A DNA stretch of 64,000 bases from Anthoceros angustus (taxonomy: Eukaryota > Plantae > Anthocerotophyta), in assembly GCA_010909165.1 (NCBI GenBank), contig MU008198.1, forward strand, positions 186,001 through 250,000. The letters run 5' to 3'. Shown piece after piece: positions 26,834-39,776 of the stretch. Position 1 is the stretch's first letter, and each line of letters opens with the position of its first letter. Under the pieces are notes generated by a model that was given only the letters and a program-made list of their open reading frames with translations, ran no database searches and was not told where the DNA came from. A program made the position numbers and the translations under genes.

Positions 26834-26898
26834 GTCTTTCTATATATCTGTCAGGTTAGTCCCATCATGGGACTAACCTGACAGATATACAGAAAGAC
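26834..26898. repeat. 32-bp-arm inverted repeat (hairpin) in the LINE 3' UTR
   Basis: 26834-26865 is the reverse complement of 26867-26898, with one mismatch and a 1-nt spacer. Confidence 0.9.
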
Positions 26899-29480
26899 AT
26901 GATGACGGAAATCCGTCCTTAGTGGACTTAAATAAAATTCTTCTTCTTCTTCTTTTACAGCATCGTGTATGTTTATCTCGTTCATCTTGAATTGTCCAGG
27001 GTTGCAAATTCTAGCTTCCTTCACTTCCGACAACCGGTGCAATATTCTTCTACCAGCGGGATCGAAATCTACTAGCGATGTTGCCATCATTGGCATGGCA
27101 TAGCAAAAACAACGGCGGCATGAAAACAAAGTTGTGGTAGGCAAAAGAAAGGAGGAGGGCAGGCCTTGAAGACAGACCGATGAAGGAGGGGAGACGCATC
27201 ATGTGACCGCATTCTACTATTCCGCAAAGTCTACTATGAATATAAGTGGATTTGATTAAATCCAATATGCTAAGTATTTTACGGATACTTAAGTATTTAT
27301 TTTGTTTTATGATAGTTAAATATTACCTTAAAGAGTTATGGTTTTAGGCGCTCATTGGCCGAAATGTTTTTTTTAAGATGAAATTTTAACATGTATCAAA
27401 ATAATTTGAAGGTTTTCAACAAAAAAAAAAATTGTTTGAATTAAGCATTTTATATAGAATTACCTAATTTCTTAATGAACCTTTGTTTAATAAGCATGTA
27501 AACCTATATATAATTAGTTTATGTTTTAAGGTTTCTAAACTGTATTTATAAATGAAATTAATAAACTCTTCAAGAAACTCAACAAAGTGTTTAGATCTAT
27601 GTAAGATTTTATTGAGGTGAAAAAAACGATGGGAAAAGCCCATCCAGGAGGGGACAACCAAAGGGGACCAGGGGGTCGAGGTGAAGAGGAGCAACTGAGC
27701 TCCCTACCTAAAGTCACCCATCGCACTCCACAATGTCATATGCGTGAAGAATAAATGGCCCGCAAACCACGGAGGTAGAGGAAGATGCGTCACCTCACTG
27801 CCGCCGCCTTGTGGAGGATCGCTGAGAGCGCCTGCTGAAGGGCAATTGAAACCCGCTTGTCGGAAGTATGCTGTGAAGTACGAGAGGGACAGCCCGCCGT
27901 GTCTACGCCATGGTAAGCTTTGGCATAGGACTTGACAAATTTGTCAAAGTCCTCAGCCATTGCCCCATATGTTTCTAGTGCAAGCGGAAAAAAGAGGTGG
28001 CCCGCTTGCATCCTGCTATATTTGACCTTGAGAGCCGCCGCCCAAGCAGCCTCAACTCGACGGTTAGTGATGACCTGAGCGGAGATGGTGTCTCGTGTAG
28101 GATCGGTAACCACCACATCTGCCACCGAAACTTGGTCGCCACGGACAAGGTACAGGTCAGCCCTAATTGAACGACCTGTATGGAGAGTATACACCCGCTC
28201 CCTCCAGGCCATGACATCGCGGATGGCGTTGTGAGTGGCAATGCGATGACCCCCATGGGGACAATGAGCAAGGTGTACCCTAGAATCATCGAGGGCAGAG
28301 CCGCACTCGCAAGTAAGGAGCGAAGAAGCCACAAGCTGGAGCAGGCCAAGACGGAATCGCATCGCAGTAGTGAAGGTGGTTGGTGCGATGTGAAAACCCC
28401 TTATGCATGGGCGGGCCAGTAGCCAAGCACCTGCGCCCTTCCCAGAACAAGAGCGGAGCCGCGCCTTGTGGACTGGGATGGAGGGGTCTGAGGGCATCGG
28501 AAAGCCCGGCCGAGCCGGCTCGAGCGTAGATGCGCAACCCCTCGAAACCATCAATAAATGTCGAGAAAGGAGAGAAGTCCTTCCGAGCATCCACTAATAA
28601 CATGTCCCTAGCTTGCCTCAAGGACGTGTGGAGAGAGAAGGTTCCCTCCTCCACACGATACGAGATCCTCCGTAAAGGGCCCGCTATGGAGGACTGGCCA
28701 GGCAGGGCAAGAGGGCCCAACCGCCTGTGAAAGCCGGGAAGAGACCTCTAGCGAGAGTGCACTGTGCCTCAAATTGCATGTAGGACGCTTGCCGGGCCGA
28801 TCGCCCATAGGGTACTCAAAAGCCCCTGAGCCCAGGATATCCCCGAGAGTATCCATAATCTTCCTATCAAACCGCCGCAGCCGGGACAAAAGGGTCGGGG
28901 ACGGAGGTAGCATACGGATGAGGTAACCAGGGCACCTAGCAAAACAGGAGGAAAGAATTCCAAAGGCCACCTGTGTATTCTCCAGCAAAGGGAGGTCCTT
29001 GACATGGGAGAGGTCCTCTGCGAGAGCCTAGTCCAGGAAGCACCCGATGAAGTCAGGGGAACCGAAGGGGACCCCTAGAATCCGTAGTCCCAAAGCCGGA
29101 GCAATCTCCCCAGTGGGAAACTGCAAAGTAGGTAGAATCCCGACGAGACCGACGCACTTGGATGCCTTGACCTTCAAGCCCACCAAAGAAAGCTCATGAG
29201 AGAAAGCTCAAAGGCCTCCTTGACTTTGTCCCTGTGCCCGAGGATGTGAGAGTCGCGCCAGCAAGGGAAGACACACATACCGAGAAGGCGGCCTAGATAG
29301 AGCCCTATAGTGAGCAATGGCGAAGAGAGCACCGCCTGTGGGGTCGCCTTGCTCGGTATCCGATTTATTCCAAGACAGTAGACAAGAACTCAAGAGACGT
29401 TCTTGTGCTTGTAGTAGAGGTTGGAGGACCTCCCGTAGAAGCACCGGACAAAAGGTATAATGCTCCCCAAGACGCTGCCA

Positions 29481-32400
29481 GTTAGAAGTACAGACCGCGT
29501 TGGTTATGGTTACCTTAGCTAAACCCAGCGTGGTCATACCCTTTGGTATCTAGTACCGAAGAGGTACAACTCTTCAGACACAGGCTATAAAAGCCCACCT
29601 CTTGTAATCAATTGTATCAATTAGTAAAGCACTATCTTTGATCAAACGCTTCCGCAAAGCACCTCAAAGTTGGTATCAGAGCAAGGTTCTCTAAGCATTT
29701 TCTAAAATGCATTTCGACGTTGTTCTATCCTGTTGTGTTTTGTAATACTATAATTAAATGCGTTATTTAAGTTATAGTTTTTTATCAAAACTTCAAATTC
29801 CCAAACTGCTTTTAATTATGTTTGGCTATGAATTTTACTATCCTCTTCTTCATCTAGTGATTTGGATGTCTCTCTTTTCATAAATGCTTCTTAGCACTCT
29901 ATTTTGTTCATTCCCTCTTGAGCAACATTTGTTTGTACTTTTACCTCCTTTGGTGTGTCTTCTGCATCCTCACACAATGGCCAGAAGACACTCAAAGACT
30001 AACACTACTGCTAGAAGATCTCGGTATTATAACAACAGGTGTGGTCGTAACCACACCTCTCATTCTTCAAGGCGTGGTTTTACATTTAGGAACCTTCAAC
30101 AATTAGGATTAACAATTGCTGAAGTCCTGACGGTTTATCTATCGGAGAACAACCACCTCTCATCAACATCAACCTCGACAATTGGTTGCAATTCGCCTAA
30201 CAAAGACTCAAGCTTTCGAATATCTCATCTATCTAAAGGACACTGGTCAAACAGACTCACCTATTGCGTCATTGTGGGGATGTATCTAGCAGCCAACATC
30301 AATCATCATCTTTTCGGCAACATAGGAGCTCACCTCGATATACTCCAGCCACTCCAACTCACACTTCCTCTTCTTCACTATCTAAAAGGTCAGCTAAAGA
30401 TGATCGAACACCTACTAGCTTAAATAAGAAGAAGTGGTATTTATCATGTGGGCAATCCATGGAGAAGGTAGAAGTCCCTATCAACTGTTCTAATCTGAGC
30501 CCATTGGAAGATCACCAGTTATCTCAATTTGATCTGGATAGGATACCTTCTCATGTTTTCCCAGCAACATGTACTCGAAGTTAAGCAGATTTCTTTCAAT
30601 GATTGAAGGAAATCTCTTCTTTGCCTTCCTCGATTCGACCGAAGATGACACCCATCATTGAGATTACAGGAGGCGCTTCATTTCCAGTAGTCGCCCCCTC
30701 ACAAGCTAATATCTCGTCAGATCTGCAGGTCTCTGGGGTTCCACCAAACGGATTATTGGCCAAAGATCGACAGTTGCGCCTCTGCGTTGCGGGCATAATG
30801 CCTCATCAAATCTGTTGCACCTGCACTTCAGCAACGGCGCAATCTCCTGGCGTCCAGATTCCTACATGCGTGATAGCTCCAACGTCCAAACAGACTGAGA
30901 TTTCTGCAGATCCTTCACGGGCATCCAAGACCAATCAGTTTCAGCTCCGGCCGGCGCCGGCTCAGATCTCTCACCAGCTAGATCGCCAGGTCAGGGCGCC
31001 CCTTCTGCATTTTGTGCGCCCCAGATTGGTGGAGAATCGCCCGATCGCGCGGGGTGCGATCCGGATCGCGAGGCGCTGGCGCGCGCTGTCGCCGAGCCGA
31101 ATCGGTGCCCGCCGCGAACTTAAATCGAGTTTCTTTGCGTTTTGGCCCCGAATGAAACTCGATTGGAGTTTCTTTCACGGGGTATGAAACGGCTCCCGTT
31201 CTTTTTGTCCGCCTTTGATATCACAGTTCCGGCACGCCGTGCCTCTGCGGGCGTGACTTTTGGTATCTCGCCAACTCCTTATAAATGGCGCTCGTTCTTA
31301 CACCTACTTGACGCCGGCAATCAAACAAGAGCCCTTGTCGCCACGCGCCCGGCGACGCCGCCAATCAACGCTATCTTTATGAGCAAGCAGGTGCTACTGC
31401 TCAAGAGCTGTTCCAGTTGGAGTGTCGACATCTTTGGGATCACCTTCACGACTTTCGAGTCGCAATCCGCTGCCAAGATTCGCCCTTTCAACTGTCTATG
31501 CCCCTAATGATCGTGGCATAATTCACTGGGCTATTTGACTTTAATCTTTGTTTTCATAATATTTCTGCTCATCAAGCTTTCTCATATAACTATATTAGAA
31601 GCCCTTTCGGCTGCAGTCATAACTTACAGTCGGTGTTCCTTCTTTTATATTATTATATTACAGCTTGATCATCAGAACCATGGCATCGACGTCCTCTTCT
31701 TTGACGACGCCACCTACACCAATTATTAATTATATGAATGTCTCTTCTGAATTCAAAGAAAAAGACCGTTTTGACGGCACAAAGTTTGAGATATGGGCCA
31801 AGCGTATGCGTTCCATACTCAACACTCGTGACTTGCTTGGCATAGTGGATGGCACCATTCAACGGCTTGGTCCCTCGCTCTCGACTCTTGGGTCAAACAA
31901 GACAGCTTGCACTTCACATTCTTATTTCAGGCCTTGACGAAGTTACCCTACATCATACTGATGGGGCTACTACTGCTGCAGAGGCTTGGCGGCAGCTAGT
32001 AGATATTTTTCAATCTACCAATGTTATGACATTAGTAACAGTGCGTAACGAATTTTATTCTTTACGCATGCATAATAATGAGAGCATTGGTACTTATGTT
32101 GGGAAGTTTCGATATCTTCGGGCCCAGCTTGCTGCTTTAGGCACTCCCTTATCGGAATTTGAAGCTTGTGTCCAACTGCTGGCCTCCCTTCCCGCCAGCT
32201 ATCAAGCATTTGTGTCCTCTCAGAATGGCACTCGAGAGGCTCATCAGCGGTAAAGGCTCGCACACCCAACATTTCCATCTCCGAAATTGCGGCTCTCCTT
32301 CAAGAGGAGGCTTCCAGTTCAACGCCGCAGCATGGTGGTGAACGAGTTATGTTCGTTAGCAAAGGCAACGCGTCACCCCCGGCGGCGTCGTCCTCCTCCA

Positions 32401-35400
32401 CCGAGACGGCCCTTCACTGCGCCTTCTCGGCTCCTTCTCGCGGTCCTTCCTTCTCCAAGCTCGGTGGTTCCACCGCAAGCCGTACTTGCAATCGGTGCGA
32501 TTCGAGCCCGGAGCTGGCCGCGAAGAAAGCCGGTGAGCCTCGACGCCTTCCAAGTCGCCAATATGGCCTCGACCTCCAAGCGTAAACAGCCGACATTGCC
32601 CTCACGATGCTTGGTAGCTTTCGAATACAAGACCTCTTGGCTATTGGACTCACCGCTCGCATATATTTGCCGCCATCACCATATGTTTTCGATTATCTCC
32701 TCAAGATCAACGTTTTGTTCTTCTCGGCGATGACTCGGCCTTACTATTATGGCATCGCATCAAGTATTTTTACTCTTGAAGATGGTTCTCCCTTCTTTTA
32801 AGTGATGTGCTACATGTTATAAATGGCGAAGAATCTTATCTCCGTCCGCAACTTGGTGAAGGACGGTACTTTCAGCTAGAGTTTGGCAGAGGCGATTGCC
32901 TCCTCACAAGATCTGTTGCTCCTGGTCGCGTGGTTGCTAGAGGTCGTCCGCGGCATGACCTCTATGTCTTCTCCGCCGTACCAGTGATCACAGCTTCCTC
33001 GACCACAGCTCCCGCCATGGCCACTGCGGTCGACAGAGGGAGTTCTCGCAAAGGTGACTCCCTATTATGGCATTCTCGGCTTGGACATATTAATCATGAT
33101 AAGCTTTTAGAGATGTCTAGGCAGGATTTATTTAGGGATAAGCTACCACACTTTTCACAGACTCCTCCGTTATGTGAACCTTGTATATATGCTAAACAAC
33201 GTAGCTTCCCTATCCTTTTACTTGCCGGCTACTCATTGGAGTTGGTCCATGTTGATCTTTGTGGTCCACTCCCGTCCCTTCACTTGGCGATCGCACTTTA
33301 TGACTATTGTTGATGACTATAGTCGCTATACCTTTGCTATTCCGCTCAAGTTGAAGAGTGATTCCTTGCTCCTTTACTCCTTTTGTCACTATGGTCGAGC
33401 CGCAAACCGGTTGCAAGCTTGCATTAGATCGACAATGCGGAGAATTAAATAACCGCAATTTAAGGACTTACTCTTGAGAGGGGATTATCCGTCTTTACGG
33501 TTCCTATACTTCTCGCAGAATGGGGTTCTTGAAAAGGCCAGCGATCTCGCCATGGCCCGCGCCATGCTAGCCCGCTCGGCTCCCAAACCCTTCGGGCGGC
33601 GGTTAATCTGCGGCGTATCTCCAGGTTCTTTCCAAGTCGGTTCGGCGGACACCCTTTGAGTCCGGCATGGATATAAGCCTCTTATTACTCATCTTGGATT
33701 TTTTGCCCGCCTATGCTAATATTCCTTCGCCCGCGACAAGCTTTACCTTTCGCCATAGTGGTATTTGTTGGCTATGGCGAGGACCGTAAGGCTTATAAAC
33801 CGGTTGACTTGGATACCCATGCTATTGTATATGCTCATGCACTTTTGATGAGGCTCGGTTAGCATCTGCTGTTACGAGTCCATGGATTACCGCTCCTTGA
33901 CGACACGCTTCTTCCGACCTGGTGACCTTATGCGAGTTTTGACTCACCTGCTTTTCCGGACTCTCCGCAACTTTGCTCCATCCATCCGGCCTCTTCACCT
34001 CAAGCGGCACCTATACCTATTATCCCCGCCGAGAGGGAAGATGAAGCCATTGTTGATCCTTATGAAAAGCGAGCGACTTTGGTGCTCTTAATTCCACAAG
34101 ACCCGAGGCAGTTCTGCTCCACCTTCTCCGTAACACTTGATCCAGGCGAAGGTATCCTTCGTCATCACAACCGAGACACCTGGAATGAGATCCCTTTGAT
34201 TTAGAGTTCAATCAAGTCACACCACCGCCGCAGTCATTTCAACGCCTTTGTTGCCCTTGAGAGGAGATCCTCTCACTCTTCAAGAGGCATATTCGCGACT
34301 GATGCTAAGTGGAAGTTTGCTATTGATGATGAATATAATTCTCTTATCAAAAACAATACGGACTCTAGTAAACTTTAAAGGCGAACTCATCAAATGCAAG
34401 TGGGTTCTCAAAACTAAATTCCGGAGGTTGAACCTCGTATTCGCTATAAGGCGAGACTAGTGGCTAAGGGTTATAGTCAAAAGAGGGAGTGGACTATCGT
34501 ATGATAAGGTTTATTCACTGTAGTCAAGGTCGCTGAGAATGCTCACGGCTTTATGTGCCGAGCTTAACTGGAAATTTATCGCCTTGATGTTTGTCTGCTT
34601 TCCTTTATGGTCATCTCGCAAGAAGAGATCTATATGGATCAACCAAGACTATGAAGATGAGCAATACCCAAACAAGGTGTGTAAACTTATTCGCTCTATT
34701 TACGGACTAAAGCAAAGCCCACGTTTATGGTATGAGAGAATGGACTCTTACCTCAAGAAGATAGGGTTTATCCAAAGTGAAGGACACCAATATCTATGTA
34801 CTTATGAGGGACTCCCTTGTCTGGTTGCACTATATGTTGATGACTTAGTTATTCCCGGCAACAATATTGAACTAGTTAACAAGATTAAAGTCGACCTTAG
34901 TAAAGAATTCGAGATGAAGGATCTCGGCAAAGTTAAATATATTCTTGGTATGCATGTACATAGAGATACCATCGGTGCTATCTATCTCCATCAAGGAAGA
35001 TATGTATGGTATGTTAAAACGCTTCAATTTGGAGAATGCACGCCCACACCGGCGCCGTAGGTGTTAAGCTTTCATCTGCTACCGCCCACAATCGAAGGAA
35101 AGAAAGAGATGGAAAATATTCCTTATCGTATGGGAGTTGGTACTCTCATGTTCTTGAGTAATCGACTGCACTGATATCTCAAATCAGAAATGCTATTGCT
35201 CGCCTCGTGAGAATCCGGAAAGGATCAGGGTTGCTCTCAAGCGCATCATGCGGTACCTCAAGGGTACTCCAAATTATGGCCTCGCTTCAAGCCTAGCGGA
35301 AAGAAGCATCCGCATCGACATGCTTTGTCGATGCGATTGGGCTTGACACGACACCGAAAAGTATCTCGATATTGCTTTCTTGCGGCTCCACGTTGTTAAT

Positions 35401-36136
35401 TGGTCTTGTAGAAAACAAGCTGCAATATCACTTTCATCAATGTAATCGAGTACAAAGCACTCAGAAGCCACGAAAGAGGTGAATGGGAAAGAAAGCTATG
35501 TGAAGATTTGGATATGAAGCGTGAAGGGCCAAGGCTTAATTGTGACAATATGTCACCATTGCTCTTGTCGCTAATCCGTCTTTCATGCGCATACAAGCAT
35601 ATTGAGATTCAACACCATTATATTCGTGACGCCGAGAGGAATTGTTAAGGTACAGATGTACGCACACAACATGCAGACATATCGACAAAATCCTTGCCAA
35701 GTTCAAACACCGCCCACAGAAGGGCTTGGATTGGTTGATCAGACTTTTGAAGTCGGACTACCACACATTTGGTGAGGCGATCTTATCTCGAACGCTTCGT
35801 TACTTGAAGTTGACTATTGTAGACCGCTTGCTTCAATCTTACTTGCACCGGTGACGATCGGTGAGTTGAGTTTAGTTGAAGACCGTAGTACTTATACAAT
35901 ACTCCAAATGCAAGTGATTATTAGTTCTTTGATTTAGATAACCCAACTAGTCCGAGAGGGAGAGTTAGCATGCATCGCGTTGGTTATGGTTACCTTAGCT
36001 AAACCCAGTGGTCATACCCTTTGGTATCTAGTCAAGAGGTACAACTCTTCGCATACGTGCTATAAAAGCCCACCTCTTGTAATCAATTGTATCAATTAGT
36101 AAAAGCACTATCTTTGATCAAACGCTCAGCACCTCA
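29481..36136 (+). mobile_element. Ty1/Copia LTR retrotransposon with short (~175-185 bp) LTRs and a frameshifted gag-pol
   Basis: LTRs at ~29481-29666 and ~35964-36136 (gttag...cgcgttggttatggttaccttagctaaaccc...ctataaaagcccacctcttgtaatc...cacctca). PBS tggtatcagagc at 29671; PPT at 35954-35963. Gag FDGTKFEIWAKRM..LLGIVDG (from 31680); integrase WHSRLGH..CEPC..ELVHVDLCGP..VDDYSRY; RT LIRSIYGLKQSPRLW, LYVDDL, FEMKDLG. Integrase precedes RT, which is the Copia order. Confidence 0.92.
29671..29682 (+). promoter_or_regulatory. Primer-binding site complementary to the 3' end of initiator tRNA-Met
   Basis: TGGTATCAGAGC lies immediately after the 5' LTR. Confidence 0.9.
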
Positions 36137-38284
36137 AAGTCCGCCAAGATCCCTAAGCTCCTCAAGATGACGCCCTAGAAATGGTATTGAAGGCGTTCTC
36201 GACATCAACTCAGAAGACCACCCACTCCGGGTGGTATCAAGGCATGCCTCGCCCAAGCACCACAAACTCGGCCTGAGTGGCAATGCCAAATAGAAGGGGG
36301 TTGAGGTGCTGCTAGAGAAGAGAGCGGCACTGAAGGGCAATAGTGCGGCTGAGTAGCCTCATGAAGGCTTCCCCGACCGCAAGTGGGCGCACGCCCGAGC
36401 CTGGAGCAGGCTTGTCCATAGCGACAAGCCTGCTAGCTGCAAGAAGATGGGAAATCCGGTGAGGCGTCTCACCCCGAGCCACCGCAGCGGCCACAGAAAA
36501 GAGCTCTGGGAAGCCACTAGATGGATCTTCGGGGAGAAAAAGGTCCCTAAGGTGTTCAAACAGCATTGCTGACAATCCGGCAGATGAAAGACGTGGGGTC
36601 GTAGAGAGTGCTAGAGCAAAAGCTGCCCGATCCAGGGAGAAGGGGTCCTCCGGGACATAGTCAGATATGTCCGGGGGGATGGCATCCTTGGGTGCTGGAT
36701 GGAGGGCACGGAGGGCAACAATGGTTACTTGCGGGGCCGGGGAGGGTCAAGAGCCCCGCATGAAAGCATACTCACCTACCTGGCCAAGCAGCTTGCAGCG
36801 ACGCAGGTTTGTTGCATTACCCGGGACCTGTTCCAACTGTTGTGCGGATTCTGCACGAGCTTTGGCAGCACGCAAAGCCTCCTCCTAGAGGGAAGCCTAG
36901 TCACCAGCCCGAAAGTGCCAAAGACGGCTAGCAACTTCCCGATGCCCAGAAGCCCCACCCCTAGTACACCGAAGGCACCACCGGGGAAGAAGCAGGAGAA
37001 GGCATCAAGCTAACTCGTCCTGGGGATCGAGCGCAAGGTGATCCAAGGGAAGACGGAACGCTAAACGGGCATCATCATGAAGGTGGCGGGGAAGCCTGTG
37101 GAAGATGCGCGGGCATGGAAAGCGGGTTTCAAACATCCCAAGGATGTGATCCAGCTGACCCCGCAACCATTCCCAGGACGAGAGAGGCACCCTGTGGAGG
37201 ACGACATCGACGGAGCTCGTGATCATGGAGTCGGAGAAGGTCGCAATGTGCACTTGGGCAGCCCAAGTAGTCTGGTCGAAATCTTTATGCATGTGCCTTA
37301 TGTGGGTTTTCACCCCCTTAACACCGCAGCAGAGTTGAGCACATACAGGACACGGAGTGTCCTTGACAGTCACAGGAGGTGTAGACCGCCCCATAGGGAA
37401 GGGTACTAAAAGAACCCGCAAATGCCAGTCGGAGGGCGACAGGGCCGAGGAGGTACCGGGGACCGAGGACAAAACGACCCCAGCCTTTACCGGACATACG
37501 GAGTGTGAGCTCCGTATGGCGAACCACAAAAGGCCGGCCAAAGAGCCCCGCCAGAGGGACTGCAACCCACGTAACCAGCCGACCCACCAAACTAGCGCCC
37601 GTGACCGCAACTCGCAACCAAAAGTCGGGGTAGGAAATCCACCACCATCAAAGGGAACCGAATAAAATCGGGAAAAATAAATTCCCACCGCCATCAGCAA
37701 CACGCGCACTGCCGCAACTCCGGTGGCACACCATCGGCACCGCCCGCCGCCGCACTGCCCGGCCCCGCCTCACTGAGCCGTAGGCAACCGGGCTCCTGCA
37801 CCGTCGCCTGACTCGGCCACCGCCCACCCTACCTCCGACACCTACCTCAGGTCGGGCCCTCACTGCCGCCCGCACTGCCTCGCCTGACTCGCCACCGCCC
37901 GCCTCCGCCCACGGAAGGTTGCACGGCAGCCTCGCCGCGCACTGCCGCCCGCCGCACTGCCCCTCGCACCGCCACGCCTCGTCAGACACCGCAACCGCCC
38001 ACTACATTCGCGGCTCATGCGTACCGTGACCGCGCCCACTTTCGCACTCCACTCCCACACACAACGCTTACTCGCACTGCGCCTGAGCCCCGCTTCGCCC
38101 CGGCCGCACTGCCCGCCTTGCACCGCCGCCTCCCGCACCGCCTGCCTCGCACCACCCGCACCGCGCCCGCGCCGCTCGTTTCGCACCGCGCCCGCCCGCT
38201 CCGCTCCCGCCTGCGTCCGCACCGCAGACCGCCCGCCCGCCCGCTCGCTCCCACGCCGCACCGCTCCCCAGAGAAGAGTCTGAA

Positions 38285-38300
38285 AGGGTTTAGGGTTTAG
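38285..38300 (+). repeat. Two plant telomeric (TTTAGGG) units at the 5' junction of the CRE-like element
   Basis: agggtttagggtttag, overlapping the right-hand TSD copy. Confidence 0.75.
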
Positions 38301-39776
38301 ATCTAGACGACTGCCTACCTACAGGTACTTAACGGAAAAACCCGCTTTGTTTCAATCTACGGAAATTATGGAAGATATAGATGTAAAAGGGACTTTTCTA
38401 AATACTATAGGAATTGAAAAATTAATATCTTTGTTAAGCGAGAGAGGAGTTGCTATCAAAGGAACAAAAGCCGATCGCCTTACTTCAAAACATTTTTATT
38501 CTTAGGTATAGGTATTTACTTACTAAAGATGGCTAACACTAAGCAAAGTCTCGACTTCACACTACTTCTAAACACTCCCTCCATATTTTTTTCCAATTAG
38601 ACATTGAAAAACCAAAAAAATAAATATTTCAACAAAAGTAAAAAATAATTCAATTTATGCCAAAACCCATAGCCCCCTATGGTATTTAAAAACTCACCAA
38701 CGACATGCCCTATTGTATGTATTCAGGAACAACAATCCATGGGTCCAAAAACAATCCTCCCTCGTACGGACACGCAAGCCCACGATCAACCAGGACATTT
38801 CCAATTGTGAGAGGCACTAAGCTAGGAGGCCAGAAGCCGTGACTAATGTCTCAAAAACCCATCTCACTTCAGGCCTTGGAGGCAAAAAATCTAAGCTGAA
38901 CGGATGTCTTTAAAAACCACACCACTCCATGGGTTCGCGGTTGGAAACAAGTAGCCTTTGGTCCACATGTATATCCTTGATACATTAATTCGATGGTTCC
39001 ATTGGTGTGAATTTCGTTGGAGCACAGGACAACTCAGCCACGGTCTGCGCCAGAGGCAGATTGCCACAGGGTCACGACTCACCAGCACCAGAAAAGCGCT
39101 CCTCGTCACCCTGCTGTACAACCACTTTTCAGCATCTGGAAGTGAAGAGGCCCTGTATTCTCATGGTGGCGGGGGAGAGTTGGGACAATTCGGCGAGCCG
39201 GCGCAGGGTTAAGGGGTTAAGGACGATGGGATCTATACAAGAGAGGGTGGGCCTGGTGGCACAAGCCGCATGACCCGGCGCATCATCGGCCTGCGCACAC
39301 ACGTTTTTCGTTGGAAAGCGGCGATGACTGTAGGGGCTTCCGTTGGTGGAACGACTTTGGAAAGTGCCGCGGTCTTGGGACCAGGAATGGCAGCAACGGC
39401 CCCTGAGGAAACCCTGGAGCTTAACTCCTCTCCCTGCCGACTACAGGACTACAGCAAGCCACAGCTAGAGCGCAGGACTGGAAAACATTCACGAGGTCTC
39501 CTTGGAGCACATTGTAAGCCATGGGTCCATGGAGCACATTGTAGTAAGTCATGGTCTCCTTAGAGAACACCGTACTAAGTCATTCTGTGCATCAATGTCG
39601 GTTCTCTTTGAGAGACAACAAACAAAGAGCACTGATATGTACATGCAAAATTTCACACACTCTGAGAGCTACGATTTCAGAAGGATTGCGCAGCGAGATG
39701 CTACCTTCGTCCCTCCTGAAAATACGAAACAACCTGCCGACATTAATGCAGGTTAGCATCGGCAGCCCAGACCTTG

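Larger units (their letters stand above)
23640..26955 (+). mobile_element. 5'-truncated, frameshifted non-LTR retrotransposon (LINE, RTEX-like)
   Basis: Motifs PWFDNECK; RT VCFVDFKRAFDSL, GVRQGDPSSPNLFGLYIDEL, LLYADD and YVYLG (ORF 24358-25761); C-terminal LRVGSHHLRVETDRW...RLCNGDVETEEHF..YEDIR (26234-26773). The 3' end has AATAAA followed by a (TTC)n tail at ~26931-26955. The clade is inferred from the C-terminal motif and the tail, and the 5' boundary is approximate. Confidence 0.85.
27600..38294 (-). mobile_element. CRE-clade non-LTR retrotransposon (C2H2 finger, RT, restriction-like endonuclease), frameshifted and split by a Copia insertion; 11-bp TSD
   Basis: N-terminal CPVCAQLCCGVKGVKTHIRHMH (ATG ~37394). 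RT motifs FEHLRD, ASRLVAMDKP..GVRPLAVGEAFMRLLSR and DVENAFNTISR lie right of the Copia; QGDPTGGALFAIAH and GLRILGVPFGSPDF lie left of it. The C-terminal CECG..HLAHC..HNAIRD..RADL..ADVVVTDP..KY..FFPLALETYG is an RLE signature. gtttagatcta is repeated directly at 27589-27599 and 38295-38305, and there is an AATAAA at the 3' end. Confidence 0.8.

Noticed and set aside
37720-38283. GC-rich ORFs near the CRE 5' end
   Set aside because: This is a low-complexity gcaccgcc 5' UTR of the element; the coding region starts near 37394.
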